A DNA stretch of 62,580 nt, the filler included, from Polymyxa betae A26-41 (Eukaryota; Protista; Endomyxa: Phytomyxea): NCBI GenBank assembly GCA_003693705.1. It is 5 parts of 5 records of this genome, joined end to end, with 100 filler letters (N's around TTAATTAATTAA, not from the genome) between each part and the next. Parts side by side here need not be neighbours in the genome. Positions count along the whole stretch, not along the records: positions 1 to 28,389 come from RBZT01000506.1; 4 more parts are not named here. One strand, written 5' to 3'. The translations under genes and the position numbers were made by a program. The stretch's first letter is position 1. Every line of letters begins with the position of its first letter. Positions 13,021 through 24,899 of this stretch are shown here, one piece after another. Below the pieces are notes generated by a model. That model was not told the DNA's origin, searched no databases, and saw nothing but the letters and a program-made list of their open reading frames with translations.

Positions 13021-13959
13021 CAGTCCTTCCTCCCAATAACGACCCTCTTTTATAACGTCAGTTCCATAGAAGCCCGATAATGTTTCTTTGTACTGATATT
13101 TTTCTATGGACTCTCTAACAACGACATCTCCATAGAAGCCCGATAATGTTACTTTGTACGGATATTGTTCTCTGAATTCTCTTCAACCACATCAATGACA
13201 TGGCGGCGCGGCCCACCCCTCTATAACGACGTCTCCATATATGCCCGATAATATTACTTTGTACGGATACTGCTCTATAGATTTCAATCCTCTACATCGA
13301 AATCGATGACATTGGTGGCGCGGCCCATCTCTGTCAGATGAGATTCTTATGGGGCCATTTGATTATCATCTCGATCCTTAACAATACAAACTTGATTCTC
13401 TACCATTGCCTCGCACCCATAGACTAGCCAGCTGGAAGGATTAGCAATAAGTCTGGCGCTCAGCCCTTATATCTCATGGTCTATACTCTTTCGAGAAGAG
13501 AGAGTCGTTCGGGATAGCCGAGAATCTGCTGATTGCCGAGCAGACAGTGATAACATAACAGAAAAAACTCGACTCGCTGAGCTAGCTTCTGGAAGATTGG
13601 TGGTATCAGATCCGCGGCTCGACTATTTCTGGCATTGTAAGAGACCTTAGGAAGTACGAAAATCAAGTGAACAAACTGACGTTAACGATGACAAATCGAA
13701 GCGCATCGAAAATTTGTTAAGCACTTTTCAGGATAACCCCCCAAGATCTAAAAGAAGAACTTGAAGTTTGTAAAGCTGTAATTTTGTATCTATTCGAAAA
13801 ATAAGCCTTAAAACAGAAAGAAACGGTTGTATAACTGCTGCGGTTAAAACATGCAAATGGTGCATAGCCCGTTAGGAACCCCATATACTTTTATAACGAC
13901 ATTGTCACTATAGAGAAAACCCAGGCAGTGTCGTTATAGAGAGGGAGGACTCAGGACTG
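13021..13959. mobile_element. Non-autonomous Tc1/mariner(pogo)-type element
   Basis: TA|CAGTCC...GGACTG|TA termini; subterminal tataacgac/gtcgttata and catagaagcccgataatg repeats; inverted homolog at about 47540-48111. Confidence 0.75.
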
Positions 13960-15157
13960 TATTGTCGGCATTCATCATGAACGGATATAGTGTGACAATG
14001 TCAATTTGATGCGGAGATGTCTGAACTGGAATAGCGGACCTTCGTATTAAGCAATTTGCATCTCTCTCTCTGTCTGGCTATTCACGATGTTGATAGATGG
14101 TTTACTTTCTCCTAGGTTAGCTGAGACAGACCACGATAGCGCATTCGACAGCATTTCAATGGCGCGTTATGAATCCAGCATCTGTTACAAAAAATACAGC
14201 GACACAGTGTCATTACGAATTGCTCAATTTACAACTACGGTAAGCGGTAATGATACAGAACGAATGAATCATCACTCAGCTGCATAAATGTTTGAACTGG
14301 GCTTTGCTGACATTCGCTTTAGGACCCTCAGCTGTTGTATCATCATTCGGTAAACACATTGAAAGCTTATATAAATTGTGCAGATTTTTCGAATAAGCGA
14401 CCCAGGCCAAAAGTTCGATAAACAGAGTATTTACATACGTATCGTTAGGCCAGCTTAAGCCGAAAGAAGCTCCACAAACCGACGTGAGATTTCTGCACTG
14501 TTATAGATAGATTGATCTGATAGCGAAAACTATCCCAACCTATTTCAATTCTATATTTGTAATCACAATTCGATTGAAGTTTTCAAATTTTAAATGAAAA
14601 GAGCTCATTATATTTGTTGATTCATTGTCTATCCGATTGTTTGCTAACATGATGTCGGGACCCACTGTGTTTGGAGCGCTAGATATCCATCACAGCCGCG
14701 TTCGTCTTTCATAATTTTATCGACTTCACTTGGAATGGCGAATCTTACAATCAAAACATAAAATGCCAAAACTCTGATCGGCCTACAACTTTCGGCATTA
14801 TTTCTAGTGCAGTAGAAGATAAGTCGGGATGGGTTCCGCATTTGGCAACAATTATTCGGCAAATTCGTATTCAGAATCTCGATTTCATCCTCTCCAGACT
14901 GTCGGATATAAACTGCATCCAAAACAGGCCTCGCATTGTCGCTGGGTTTTCAGGATACGAGCTCAGAGCTCAGGTTGTTCTTTACCAAATCTGTTTCAGC
15001 TTTCTAAAGACGATAATCACACTAAAGACAAACCGGTTTGCAATTGGCAATGTCAATCTGTTGCATAGCTGCGAAAGGCTGTATAAGGATGATAAAAGCC
15101 ACAATAGCAAAGTTAATCTAAATTTTTGGAATGTGATTTGAAGAAAGAGCGAGGTCG

Positions 15158-18100
15158 TTAATTATGTGACAAAGGACTGCACGCTTCTTGCAGCCAGCGT
15201 AACGCTTTCGGATCCATTTTCGCCAAAATAGGTGACAGCTTTTCCAGACATTCTTGGTGATAGTTGTTGAGCCATTCGAGCTCACTCGGTGAAAGCAGCG
15301 AAACATTGATAAGCTTTTTTTGTATCGGGACCATAGTGACCTAAGCGCTTGCTTAGTGGGTAAAGAGGCAGAAAACAAAAACTGAAATCAATCATAGTAC
15401 ACAGTCTATTTGAGCATAATGCGAAATGGATTCCAAACAAACGTGAAAATTGGAAAAATGAATTAAACGAGGATTGAGTTAGAACGACATGGTATTGGAA
15501 AAATGGAAAATGTTATCAATTTCTGCATAAAAAGTCGCTTTAAAATTTAGACTGCAACTGGAAAATATAAGTGATACCGTCTCAAAGGTCATCCAGCCAG
15601 CAGAGCCAAAATTATGCTCAGTTTCCGTCGATTTAATCAACATCACATTCTCGATACGGATACCAAACTTGCCCGTTTCATAATAACCAGGTTCGTTCGT
15701 CACCTTAACAGGAGGATTAGTTTGCAAATCGAAACAATGATAAAGCACCAGAATTTCGATTCAGCAAATCCACGAAATGAGTGATTACCGTCATTCCAGG
15801 TTTCAAGGCGGTTGTCGCGCTCGCAATTCGTCTAAGCAAAGCGCTGATGCCATGAGGGCCTCTATAACTCATTACTCAGCTCTAGACCGGCAGAATAGAG
15901 AAGCGGTCATACTCGTGGACACAGAGGAAGCTGCCGACACCATGACCTGTTCCATGGTTGAAGTTGAGCCCAACCGACCATAAAGCTTCACGAGCCAATA
16001 CATCCAGCTGGTGTCCAGTTGTACCTCCTAGAAGCATCCATTATGAGTATCAAATCTTGGAGAGAAACTGGATTATAAAAAACTACAGCAGAAAATGAAG
16101 AGATTACAATAATAAACAACAAACGATAAAAAAATTGAGTTTTGAGTGATAGCATATCACAACGCCAAGTGCATACTGTATGTGCACAATAAAAAAGTAA
16201 AAGAATAAAGGAGAATAAGAGAAACCAATCAGGAAAGAACGATATAGAAATGAGAAAAAATGAAACAGAAATTAAGCCGCAAAACATTACCAGGGAAGAT
16301 GGCTTTAGAGAGGCGAATATGTCCAATAAGCACACGAGTAAAGCAGTCGATCTCTTTCGAGCTGGGACTGCCGAAATGCACCGTCCTCGTCACATCTGTG
16401 GTTCCATCCAGATACTGGCCGCCGCTATCCACCAAATACATCTCATCCACGGCCAGTTTCTATCAGAAAAACACTCAGCTGCGATTTCGATAGGGAAGGC
16501 AGCAGGACGTACTCGCGCATGGCCTCGGATGGGATGATAGTGGATGACGGCGCCATTCGGGCCCGAACCTGAAATCGTCCCGAAAGACAGCCCTTGGAAA
16601 TCGGCCATCTCGGAACGATATTTCTCCAAGCGATCGGCAGCTGAAACTTCATCCAAATCGCTGCAAACTTTACGTCAGTAAGTAGAAGGCAAAGGAAATT
16701 TTCGAAACGATGTAAAGCTCAAAGCAAACGAAAAGAAGCGGTATCTCTGAAAGATTATCACAGAAAGTGAAAAGATCAGAGAAGCGTTTTAAAAACGAGA
16801 TAAATGCTACAATTTTTAGACAAAGAGAAAGCATCAAACTTCTTTGCAATTTTTGAAAACGGGAAGCAGAAAATATCACAAACAAGGAAACATTACAAAA
16901 GTTCAACGAAGAAGAAAAGCACCGAGGAACCAACAAAGCACAGAATTACAGAGAGCCGTTCGAGCTTGCAACATAATCGTCCAGCCAGGACAGATAGCGA
17001 ACAAGAGCGGCGCCATCACGAATATGGCATTGACGCATGCCTTCAAGCTCGCATTCGTTCTTGATCGCTTTCAGATCCTCGACGGGACTCGCCTGCTCTT
17101 TCACTTGACATTTCGACAACGCAAGATAGATCGCCATCGAGCTTTGATTCGGGTCCAACCACGCCACCTGATTACGGAAAGATTTTGTAAATAGAAAACA
17201 AAACAAAATGTGATACCTGGTCAGATTTTGTTCGTAGGTTTTCGAATATCGAGCTGTATGGATGAACGATGATGCCAAGATCGTTCAAGTAGGCAGAAGT
17301 ATCAGGCGATAGCTTCGCTGAGTCGATGTAAAGCTCAACGGCGTTGTCGACGGAGACGACAGCAAAGGCGAAGAACACGGGATTGTAATCGATGTCTCGA
17401 CCGCGAAGATTCAGCAGCCAAGCGACGTCGTCAAGAGCACAGACGACGAAGAAATGAGCGCCTTGCGCTAGTAAACTCTCTTTCACTCTGATTCGAAACA
17501 AGGTGAGATTGAGAAAACGGCAACATTGAAAGTACAAACTTTTGAAATTTCTGAGAAGCAGAAAGGCCGGCGTATTTCAAGGGTAGGATGGAGACCGGAG
17601 CAGAGGGCAATGGAGGGCGTTCTGAGCCCCAGATGGCATCGACCAGATTCGGGGACATCTCCTTAATCGCTTTAATTTTCAGCTCTTGAAGCTGACGATA
17701 GAATCCCAATGAGGTCACTGTTGGATCAACTATAGATAAAGCAATCAGCGAAAACGTTCAGAATACCAGCAGGAGAAACCTCATAAAAATTGTGAGAAAA
17801 ACCCAAAAACATTTGTGTGCATGGAGAGATTTGATCACAACTTTTCAAGAAAAAAGACAAAACATTTGGATTCTTTTGAGAATTAACAGACAAACCTGCA
17901 AGTACCGATTCTTTGGTGAGATTCTTGCCAAGCCATTGTTGAATTGTTGGAACATCAGGATTTCCTTGCCGCATCAGGCGCCATGCTTTGGCCAGCTCAT
18001 GTTCGGCTTGATCGAAGTACCGACCATCGGTCCATAGCAAGGCTTCAGTAGCAGTTACGAGAGCTGTTCCAGACGATCCAGTAAAACCGGTCACGAATTC

Positions 18101-18399
18101 TCGGCGCTAAACAAATAGAGAAAATCAGCAAAAAGCCAACTATATCGAGAATTATTATTGATCCCAGAAGCATTTTGGAAAATTTTAAAGGAAGAGAAGA
18201 ACAAAGACGCAGACCAAATAAACGGATTTGAATGATGGATGAAGAATGGATAAAGATTCGACAAAAAGCCACCGACTTTATGGCATTCGGCTCGGTATTC
18301 GGATTGATGTGGATCCTCTGAAGGGATCACCAAGGCGTCAATAGCGGCGGACGCCATCGTCGCCCGAAGCAGAGTCAGGACGCGCTCAGATCCAGACAT
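15158..18399 (-). CDS. XPNPEP1: Xaa-Pro aminopeptidase P (M24B), multi-exon
   Basis: Exons encode [19 protein letters not shown]...[70 protein letters not shown]...[15 protein letters not shown]...WLNNYH; stop TAA at 15160-15158. Alternative ATG at 18423. Confidence 0.95.
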
Positions 18400-18504
18400 G
18401 ACAGCGCCAGCCGATTTTAACATCAACACAACCAAAAATATAAAGCTTATCTGTGGCGGCAACTTCAATATCGAAACTTAAAAGTGCGCAGTCATTTCAG
18501 CGTA

Positions 18505-18820
18505 AAGGTTAAGAAGTGCGCAGTCAGCAATGAGGTCAAAGTTTCGCTTTTCTGACACCTATAAAAGTGAGATTGCATTCCAAAGGCTGCGTAATCAAAA
18601 CAGCGCCACTTGGATTGGAATGCAAATTCTACAAGTTCGTCGATCTTGAAAAGAGCGCGCATTCATTTTATTGTAAAGGTTAAGACGTGCGCAGCCAACA
18701 ATGAGCGCTAAGTTTCGCTTTTCTGACACCTGAGATTGTATTCCAAGGACTGCGTAATCAAAACAGCGCCACTTGGATTGGATTGAAAATTCTAGGTATT
18801 ACCAGTTCGTCGATCTTGGT
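18505..18820. repeat. About 170-bp diverged tandem duplication upstream of aminopeptidase P
   Basis: aaaggttaaga.gtgcgcag...aagtttcgcttttctgacacct...ctgcgtaatcaaaacagcgccacttggattgga...agttcgtcgatcttg occurs at about 18505-18648 and 18675-18819. Confidence 0.9.
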
Positions 18821-19560
18821 CAACCGGCGGCGCTGTATCCTATGTGCATCATGGCCGATAGTTCTCTGGCATTGCCTAAATAGCTACCAGTGCTCCTACT
18901 TCCAGGCTCGGAGCGATTAATCATCTCACCTATTTGTAATACCATATGCGTTCGGCACCATCGAATCGAACTCATCTATCCTATCCCATCAACCCTCCTC
19001 TTGTCTAAACGCTTAGATACACCATAGCAGCATTTGTTATTGGCACCGGTGAGGATTTCAGCTGTGAATGAACGCATCGCTGAAATTGCGAATCTCAGAG
19101 TCGTCGTATTTTTCACGAAAAGATCGGTCTTTTTTTCTATATTTTCAACATTTGATACTCGATTGTTTCTTTGTGGCCTTTGTATTATCGTCATAACTCC
19201 TGTGATTCGATGCCTATGGGTTCTGGTCCTTGTGTGGCCGCTGCCTGCAGGATTATTGTGTTTAGTAATATCCTCCTATCAATTGGACCTTCAGCTGGCC
19301 TTCTATGAGAAGAGGGATCTGTCTGTGTAATCGGCAAACTTGCTGGACTTGATTTACGTCTCAAGGTATCTCAGCAATCGTATTTTTCCCACTTCTTTAA
19401 CATCACTTTTTACGAAGATACCAACGGGTCGTAATTTCTCGCTTCTTCGCCGCAATCTGCTGCATGTTTTGCTAGTGCGTCAATTTCCTCGCTTTGTGCC
19501 ATCTTTTCTTCAGTGTGACTCGCAATAAAGTGCAGTTCCACTTCGTTTGTTTTCACTTCA
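18772..19560 (-). mobile_element. 5'-truncated, decayed LINE (RNase H end, knuckle region, 3' UTR, CCAAT tail)
   Basis: ELHFIASHTEEKMAQSEEIDALAKHAAD, GHTRTRTH and KETIEYQMLK match the 50694-51570 copy; shared 3' UTR blocks and ttggattggattg tail. Confidence 0.75.
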
Positions 19561-19589
19561 GTTCCTCTCCGATTAACAGCACGACCAGG

Positions 19590-19735
19590 CTTGAACTTAA
19601 ATTCAGCATCCATGCTCGATCCGTCCTTGAAACCGGGACTACCAATGCCAGCCACGGGGCCAGTTCTTTCGTGTTTTTCGACAACACCTACGAATGGCAT
19701 GGCTATCCTTATCAGCAATGTAGATCGAGCCATTT
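19590..19735 (-). pseudogene. NHL-repeat-like fragment
   Basis: VAGIGSPGFKDGSSMDAEFK matches the NHL consensus VAG.G..GF.DG....A.F; abuts the LINE fragment. Confidence 0.45.
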
Positions 19736-20060
19736 GCTGTCAATGGCGACATCGGAGCGTTGATTGCAGAAAGCTGAGTTCGTTCAAAAGACGCGCGTAA
19801 AAACACGCGGTCTTTCCCGTCACAATGGTCAAAACGACGTCAGAGAAACAGGTCGTCAAAGACGCCTCCGGTGGGACCGACCACGATAATTCGCGGTCCA
19901 GCATGACCGGACTTTGTTGTTCAACAATCGGAGTTCTACGAATCGCCCAAGTTTCGTTATCGTAATACGAAGACGGGATTGCTGAGTTTCGAACAGTGTG
20001 GAAATGTCGATTTTCGATCGTCGTTGTTGATAGGCAGCTGGGTATTGCGTAGTATCGGGG

Positions 20061-20828
20061 TCATGAGGCGACCCCGTTTTCACTCTTTTTCTTCTTCTTC
20101 TTCTGCTGCTGCTGCTGCAACATTGCTGCTTTTTCAATTGTTGCTTTACGAGCAGGACCAACTGTGACCAGCGGCTCCTGCAACTTCTGCGCCTTCTTCG
20201 CTATGGCCTTCGGACCTGCCACGATCACGACATTGCAGATCTCACCGGCCACAAACCTCTTGCCAACATGCTTGATGGCATTCTCAGCACCGTGCTTCCC
20301 CAGGACTTGATACCCAGCCTTGTGGTTCAGTACGGCCTGGCCCAAGTTGGCGAGTCCACCGCCGCTGGCTCCGACGACAGCACCGACCGCGCCGCCAGCT
20401 GCACCGAACGTCACTGCCCCGACGTATTGAACGGCATTGTGCTTGGCCATGCATTCGAGATCATCGATATCGCAGGCGACGTGAGGAGCGAGGGAGGCCT
20501 CAATGGCGTGACCGGCGGCGGCGCCAGCAGCACCACCAGCAGCAGCACCGGCATACGCTCCGGCAGGTCCTGCAACAACGAATCCGGCGACGCCTCCACC
20601 GACGGCCGCGCCCGTCTCACAGATCGCATTGAGATTCTTGACGGTGGCCCTTTGAGCCTGCGGCGTATTTCCTGCAATGGCGTGACCGGCGGATACAACG
20701 AGACCGACCACCGGGACCCTCTCCAGGAACTTGGTCACATCGCCATCCTTAGACAGCCCGTTTCCAGCATTTGCAAAGGCTAACAAGGAGAGCAGCAAAC
20801 CCGCAACCGACGAAGGTGAGAGACGCAT
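20061..20828 (-). CDS. Secreted glycine-zipper protein, candidate effector
   Basis: Intronless GC-rich 255-aa ORF; signal peptide MRLSPSSVAGLLLSLLAFANA; GxxxG/A-rich segments; C-terminal QQQQQQKKKKKK. Confidence 0.8.
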   Translation of the reverse strand: MRLSPSSVAGLLLSLLAFANAGNGLSKDGDVTKFLERVPVVGLVVSAGHAIAGNTPQAQRATVKNLNAICETGAAVGGGVAGFVVAGPAGAYAGAAAGGAAGAAAGHAIEASLAPHVACDIDDLECMAKHNAVQYVGAVTFGAAGGAVGAVVGASGGGLANLGQAVLNHKAGYQVLGKHGAENAIKHVGKRFVAGEICNVVIVAGPKAIAKKAQKLQEPLVTVGPARKATIEKAAMLQQQQQKKKKKKSENGVAS

Positions 20829-21439
20829 ATTCGGACGACAGAAATACAGAGCTTTGTTGGGAGTTTTGCGTGAGAATCTGGAAAACGGGGGTGATGGGGT
20901 GACCCCATGATATGAGACGCATCAATCAACGCTGTTCGTGATTCTGCCAAAAGGCTTCATAGGTACTCGATAACCAACAGCAATGGATTATAGAGCGACA
21001 TTATCATACAAACTGACGACGATGACCTCATCTTGTATCCCAAAGTCATGATCGAGAGCCGCACCCAATTCACGAATTCAGTCTTCTTCATTGTATAAAA
21101 AATATCATTTTTTTTATCAAAATTAAACTTAATTGTTTTTACAAAAACAAATCGATTTTTTTCATTGAATAAATCAAAGTTGTAAAAGTTGAATTCTGCG
21201 CTGTCGTTGATGAAGATCAATGTCGTCCTGGATCTGGAGAAGAGGGACGTCGCACCCCCGATACGATCTCCACTACATACCGTTCATTGCCACCATGATC
21301 GTCATCGCCTTCCAGATGGCAAATTCTCGCAATTCCCGCTGAGTCGTTCTTGGGCGGTCGTGCTGGACCTTGCCGGGCATTATATCATGAGACTAGATTG
21401 CCACATCGATGAACACGAATCAATCTGTAATCTATTGTT

Positions 21440-21870
21440 ACTTTGTGGCCTTTAACTCCTCCTCTCAATTGCTGACTTTCAGCTGGCCTTTTATGAGATT
21501 TGTCTGGTTAATCGGTAAATCTGCTGGACTTGATTTACGTCTCAAGATGCCTCAGCAGTCGTCTGTTTTTCCGCTTCTTAACACCAGTTTTTTACGAAGA
21601 TACCAATTGGTCGTGATTTCTCGCTTCTTCGCCGCAATCTGCTGCATGTTTCGTTATTGCGTCAATTTCCTCGGGAATGAAGTGTAGTTCCACTTCTTTG
21701 TCGTCGACGATTTTAACGTATGCGATTGTGAACCTATACAGAATAGGATTGTGGCTAATTGATAAATGCAGGAGAGAGAATCTGTGAACAGATGAATATG
21801 CTGTGCCAGTTCTAGAACGGATTCTAGTACGGCTGAAATAACAATGGCATCTGTTTCATTGGTAGACATT
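21440..21870 (-). mobile_element. Decayed LINE fragment with RNase H
   Basis: ETDAIVISAVLE...HIHLFTDSLSCIYQL is the RNase H E and FTDS motif; 21480-21690 is clearly homologous in nucleotide sequence to 19290-19545. Confidence 0.7.
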
Positions 21871-22374
21871 ATGTGGTCACGTTTCAGCGCCTTGGGGTGT
21901 TCATGTGCGTCGTCTGGATTAGATGACTCACGGTTTCAGCGGCTCCGGATTCAGTCGATACTTGTCCTAGAAGATTGAAGTCAGCCAGCCATTCTTGTTT
22001 GAGCAGAAACATTGCTTGCAACGAGAGTCGACAGAAATTTTGAGTCTTATAGTCGGTCATTGTGTTAGTCTCAGCATTTTCGGAAATAATTTCGAATATT
22101 GCTTACAAAATTTCAAACAAAAGAGCCCGAATCTGAACTCAATAGGACATATCGCATTGAAACATTTGTGATGAAAATATGGATTAGTGAAATTCAAGCG
22201 AGCTGGGGAAGATCGTTCATCAGAAAATTGAGCTTAATTGTGAGTTTTCAGTTATTTTTAAACGGAGGCAGTCTCCATAAACACCGATAACAGAAACTGT
22301 AAAACCCTAACCCTCGATGGCCTTTTCTATTGTCTTGATGGAGTTTCGAACTTGGCCGATGTAATCAACTAACC

Positions 22375-22861
22375 CTAAACCCTCGATCCGCTCCAGGCGT
22401 GTTCAACAGCGAAGAGCTCCTCGTCTGTCGGCTTCCGAATGCCCTCGTCCGCATCGCTCATGGAACATTCCGCCGGCAGCTTGCTCCTCCAATCTGCATC
22501 AAACAAAACTGAAAGTCCATCGTCAGCACCACTTTGCCAGCCATTCCACGACCTGAGCCAAAGGTACATTTCGGCACAGGATTCGCTCGGACTCCGGCGG
22601 CAACATTTCTTGCACTTCCGGCCGAGCTCCCTCTTGCATGGTACCCGCTCATAGCGCTCCCAGAGTCGCTCGTCTAGGAGGTCGGTGACGTCGACCTGCT
22701 CCATGTCCAGGATGATGTTCATGAATGGGTCGATGCGCGGACGTCGTCGGCGGGAGGACCGCAGTGCGGTTCGTACGATTGCGGCACCGACCCGATCGAT
22801 TCCCGACGGAATCCAAACCGGATCCTGCGGAGATCTGTCGGCCTGAGCGATATCCAGCATG
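22375..22861 (-). CDS. Hypothetical protein
   Basis: GC-rich open frame of about 160 aa from the ATG at 22861, with a Cys/Lys cluster; no recognisable family; ends in telomere-like repeats. Confidence 0.3.
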
Positions 22862-24899
22862 TAGCGGTGACGGACTTCATGGAAGGAACGGGAGATAGAC
22901 GGATGCGATTTTTTGCTCAGAACAAATACCGCAGTGTTTTCAACAAAAAAAACTTTGTTGAAATACATTCTGAAAGAAATGGTCTGTTTATGCTTTCGTG
23001 TGAACAAATGGCTATCTGCACTATTCAATCAAACGGGAATCGTTGACTGTAGCGTGGCCGGCAATGATCCGGAACGAGCCCAGGCTGTCGATCATCATAC
23101 GGTCTGAAATGGCGTCGCAGACTTTCGATCTTGGAAAACAACCGCTCTCTTTCTATGGCTCTTCGATCGTGATAGATTGAGAGCATAACTTATAATTAGG
23201 ATAGCTGAGACAGACCACGATATCGCAGCAGTGTGCGAATGAAAAATTTAATGAAAAAAGCATAGGATTATGATAGAGCGACCCTTTATTATCACTGACT
23301 GTCCCATGCTGAATTCGATCGCACAGCTCTGTTTTGATATAAATCGGAACTTGGTGAAACTTTGTACAATCACTTCTCGTCGTTGTTGCATCATGACAGT
23401 ATTACGCACGGCCGAGCATCTGCGTTATCGAATCAGCAGGAATCGTGTGTTCGTGATGGAATGCAAATATCGGTCGAAGAGGGGTCTGTGATCGCTGCTG
23501 TATCTACAGAGGCTGAATAAAGCAGAGTGAGCGGACATGATATTCCATTCGACTATAATTTTCATTCAAATTTTCAAAAAAATTCTCAAAATTTGATAAA
23601 AAATTTAACAGTAACAACGGAACTGCAAAAAAACTACTTTGGATTATCGTTTATTGTACTTTTTGTCATTGGGATCCGATTTTGTAATAAACCCAGTAAT
23701 CTATTATAGACAATCATTACTAAATTGGGCTATTTATAGTTGTTTTAAAGAATGAGAGATGGATAATTTGTGTAAAAATGATTTCGCAGAGGTCGCAAGG
23801 GGTTCGTTGTGCTGGATCATCGGGTTATCCATTCCTGTAAGCCGGGAATTACCCTGCATATAAACGATTGTCAAGACCGCGAGGGCGATCGGCCTCTACG
23901 AGGTTGGTCAGTGCGCCTATTATGGAACAGAGGTGGTTGCGTTACATACGAGTCGGCCAGGAACCCTAAACCCTAACTCAACCTTCTCACTGATCTCCTC
24001 TGAATCTCGGGAAATTATATTCCAATCATCTCCGTTCCTAAACTCTGGTATTGTTTCGTTATTATTCTCTCGCTGAATGTATGACCTTTGAAAATACGAA
24101 ATAAACTTAACACAGAAATACCGTCTCCAATCCTTTGAAAGAAGATCTCAAGAGACAATGAGCAAGATCTTCTCTATCAGAAACTAAATCTGATTCGATG
24201 GAGTATTCCTCATTATTACTGACAACGGGTGTCTTCTTGCCTCTGTGAAAAAGACGATGCGGAAACGGATTTCCCCATCGAGATTGAAAGATCCGAAGAT
24301 CATTCGGACAGCATATTCGAACACCAGAAAGTACTGAGTGTTGAAGTCGCAGGAATGAGTTGCTTTCGAGAAGGAGATCGGGTTGACCCGAAAGGGCCAA
24401 CAGTATCACGGCAATTCCGGACCTCGATTGATCCTGAAATTAATCCAACACGGAGTAACAAGATGAGTCAATTTCAATTCCGGATCGGCAATCTTAAGCT
24501 ATTCTTCGACACAAAAGGGCGTTTGAACGTAAACTAACCGTCCTGGAAGCGCTCTTCCAAAACGCTATATCTTTATTGCAGGAAATCAGGTGAGAATATT
24601 TCGTGTTTTATCATTGCTAGGGTTTAGGGTTTTACTCGGAATTTGTTCGTCTGAACTCTACTGAAGGGGCCGTCGAATCTGTGTTCCAGTTCGCCTGGAA
24701 TCCGCTCCTGATATATCGTTGTCGTACCTTCCCTCCAGTGTATGTTAATATGCTGGATGTGATTCATGTCTTGTTGTAGAAGAGTGAACTCGGTTCGATT
24801 GAACGAAGCGACAACATGCGGAGATTCATTCGCTTCAACGAGCAGCATCTGAGCGAGCGCTCGTCGGTGAACTTCTCTTCTTGACATTCTGACAATGAG

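Noticed and set aside
13060-13330. Repeated catagaagcccgataatg units as a CRISPR array
   Set aside because: Irregular spacing, related intervening sequences, location inside a TA-flanked MITE, and no cas genes.
20268-20783. Plus-strand 171-aa ORF and similar shadow ORFs (3282-3641, 26599-26931, 29450-29821)
   Set aside because: Antisense shadows of better-supported coding frames.
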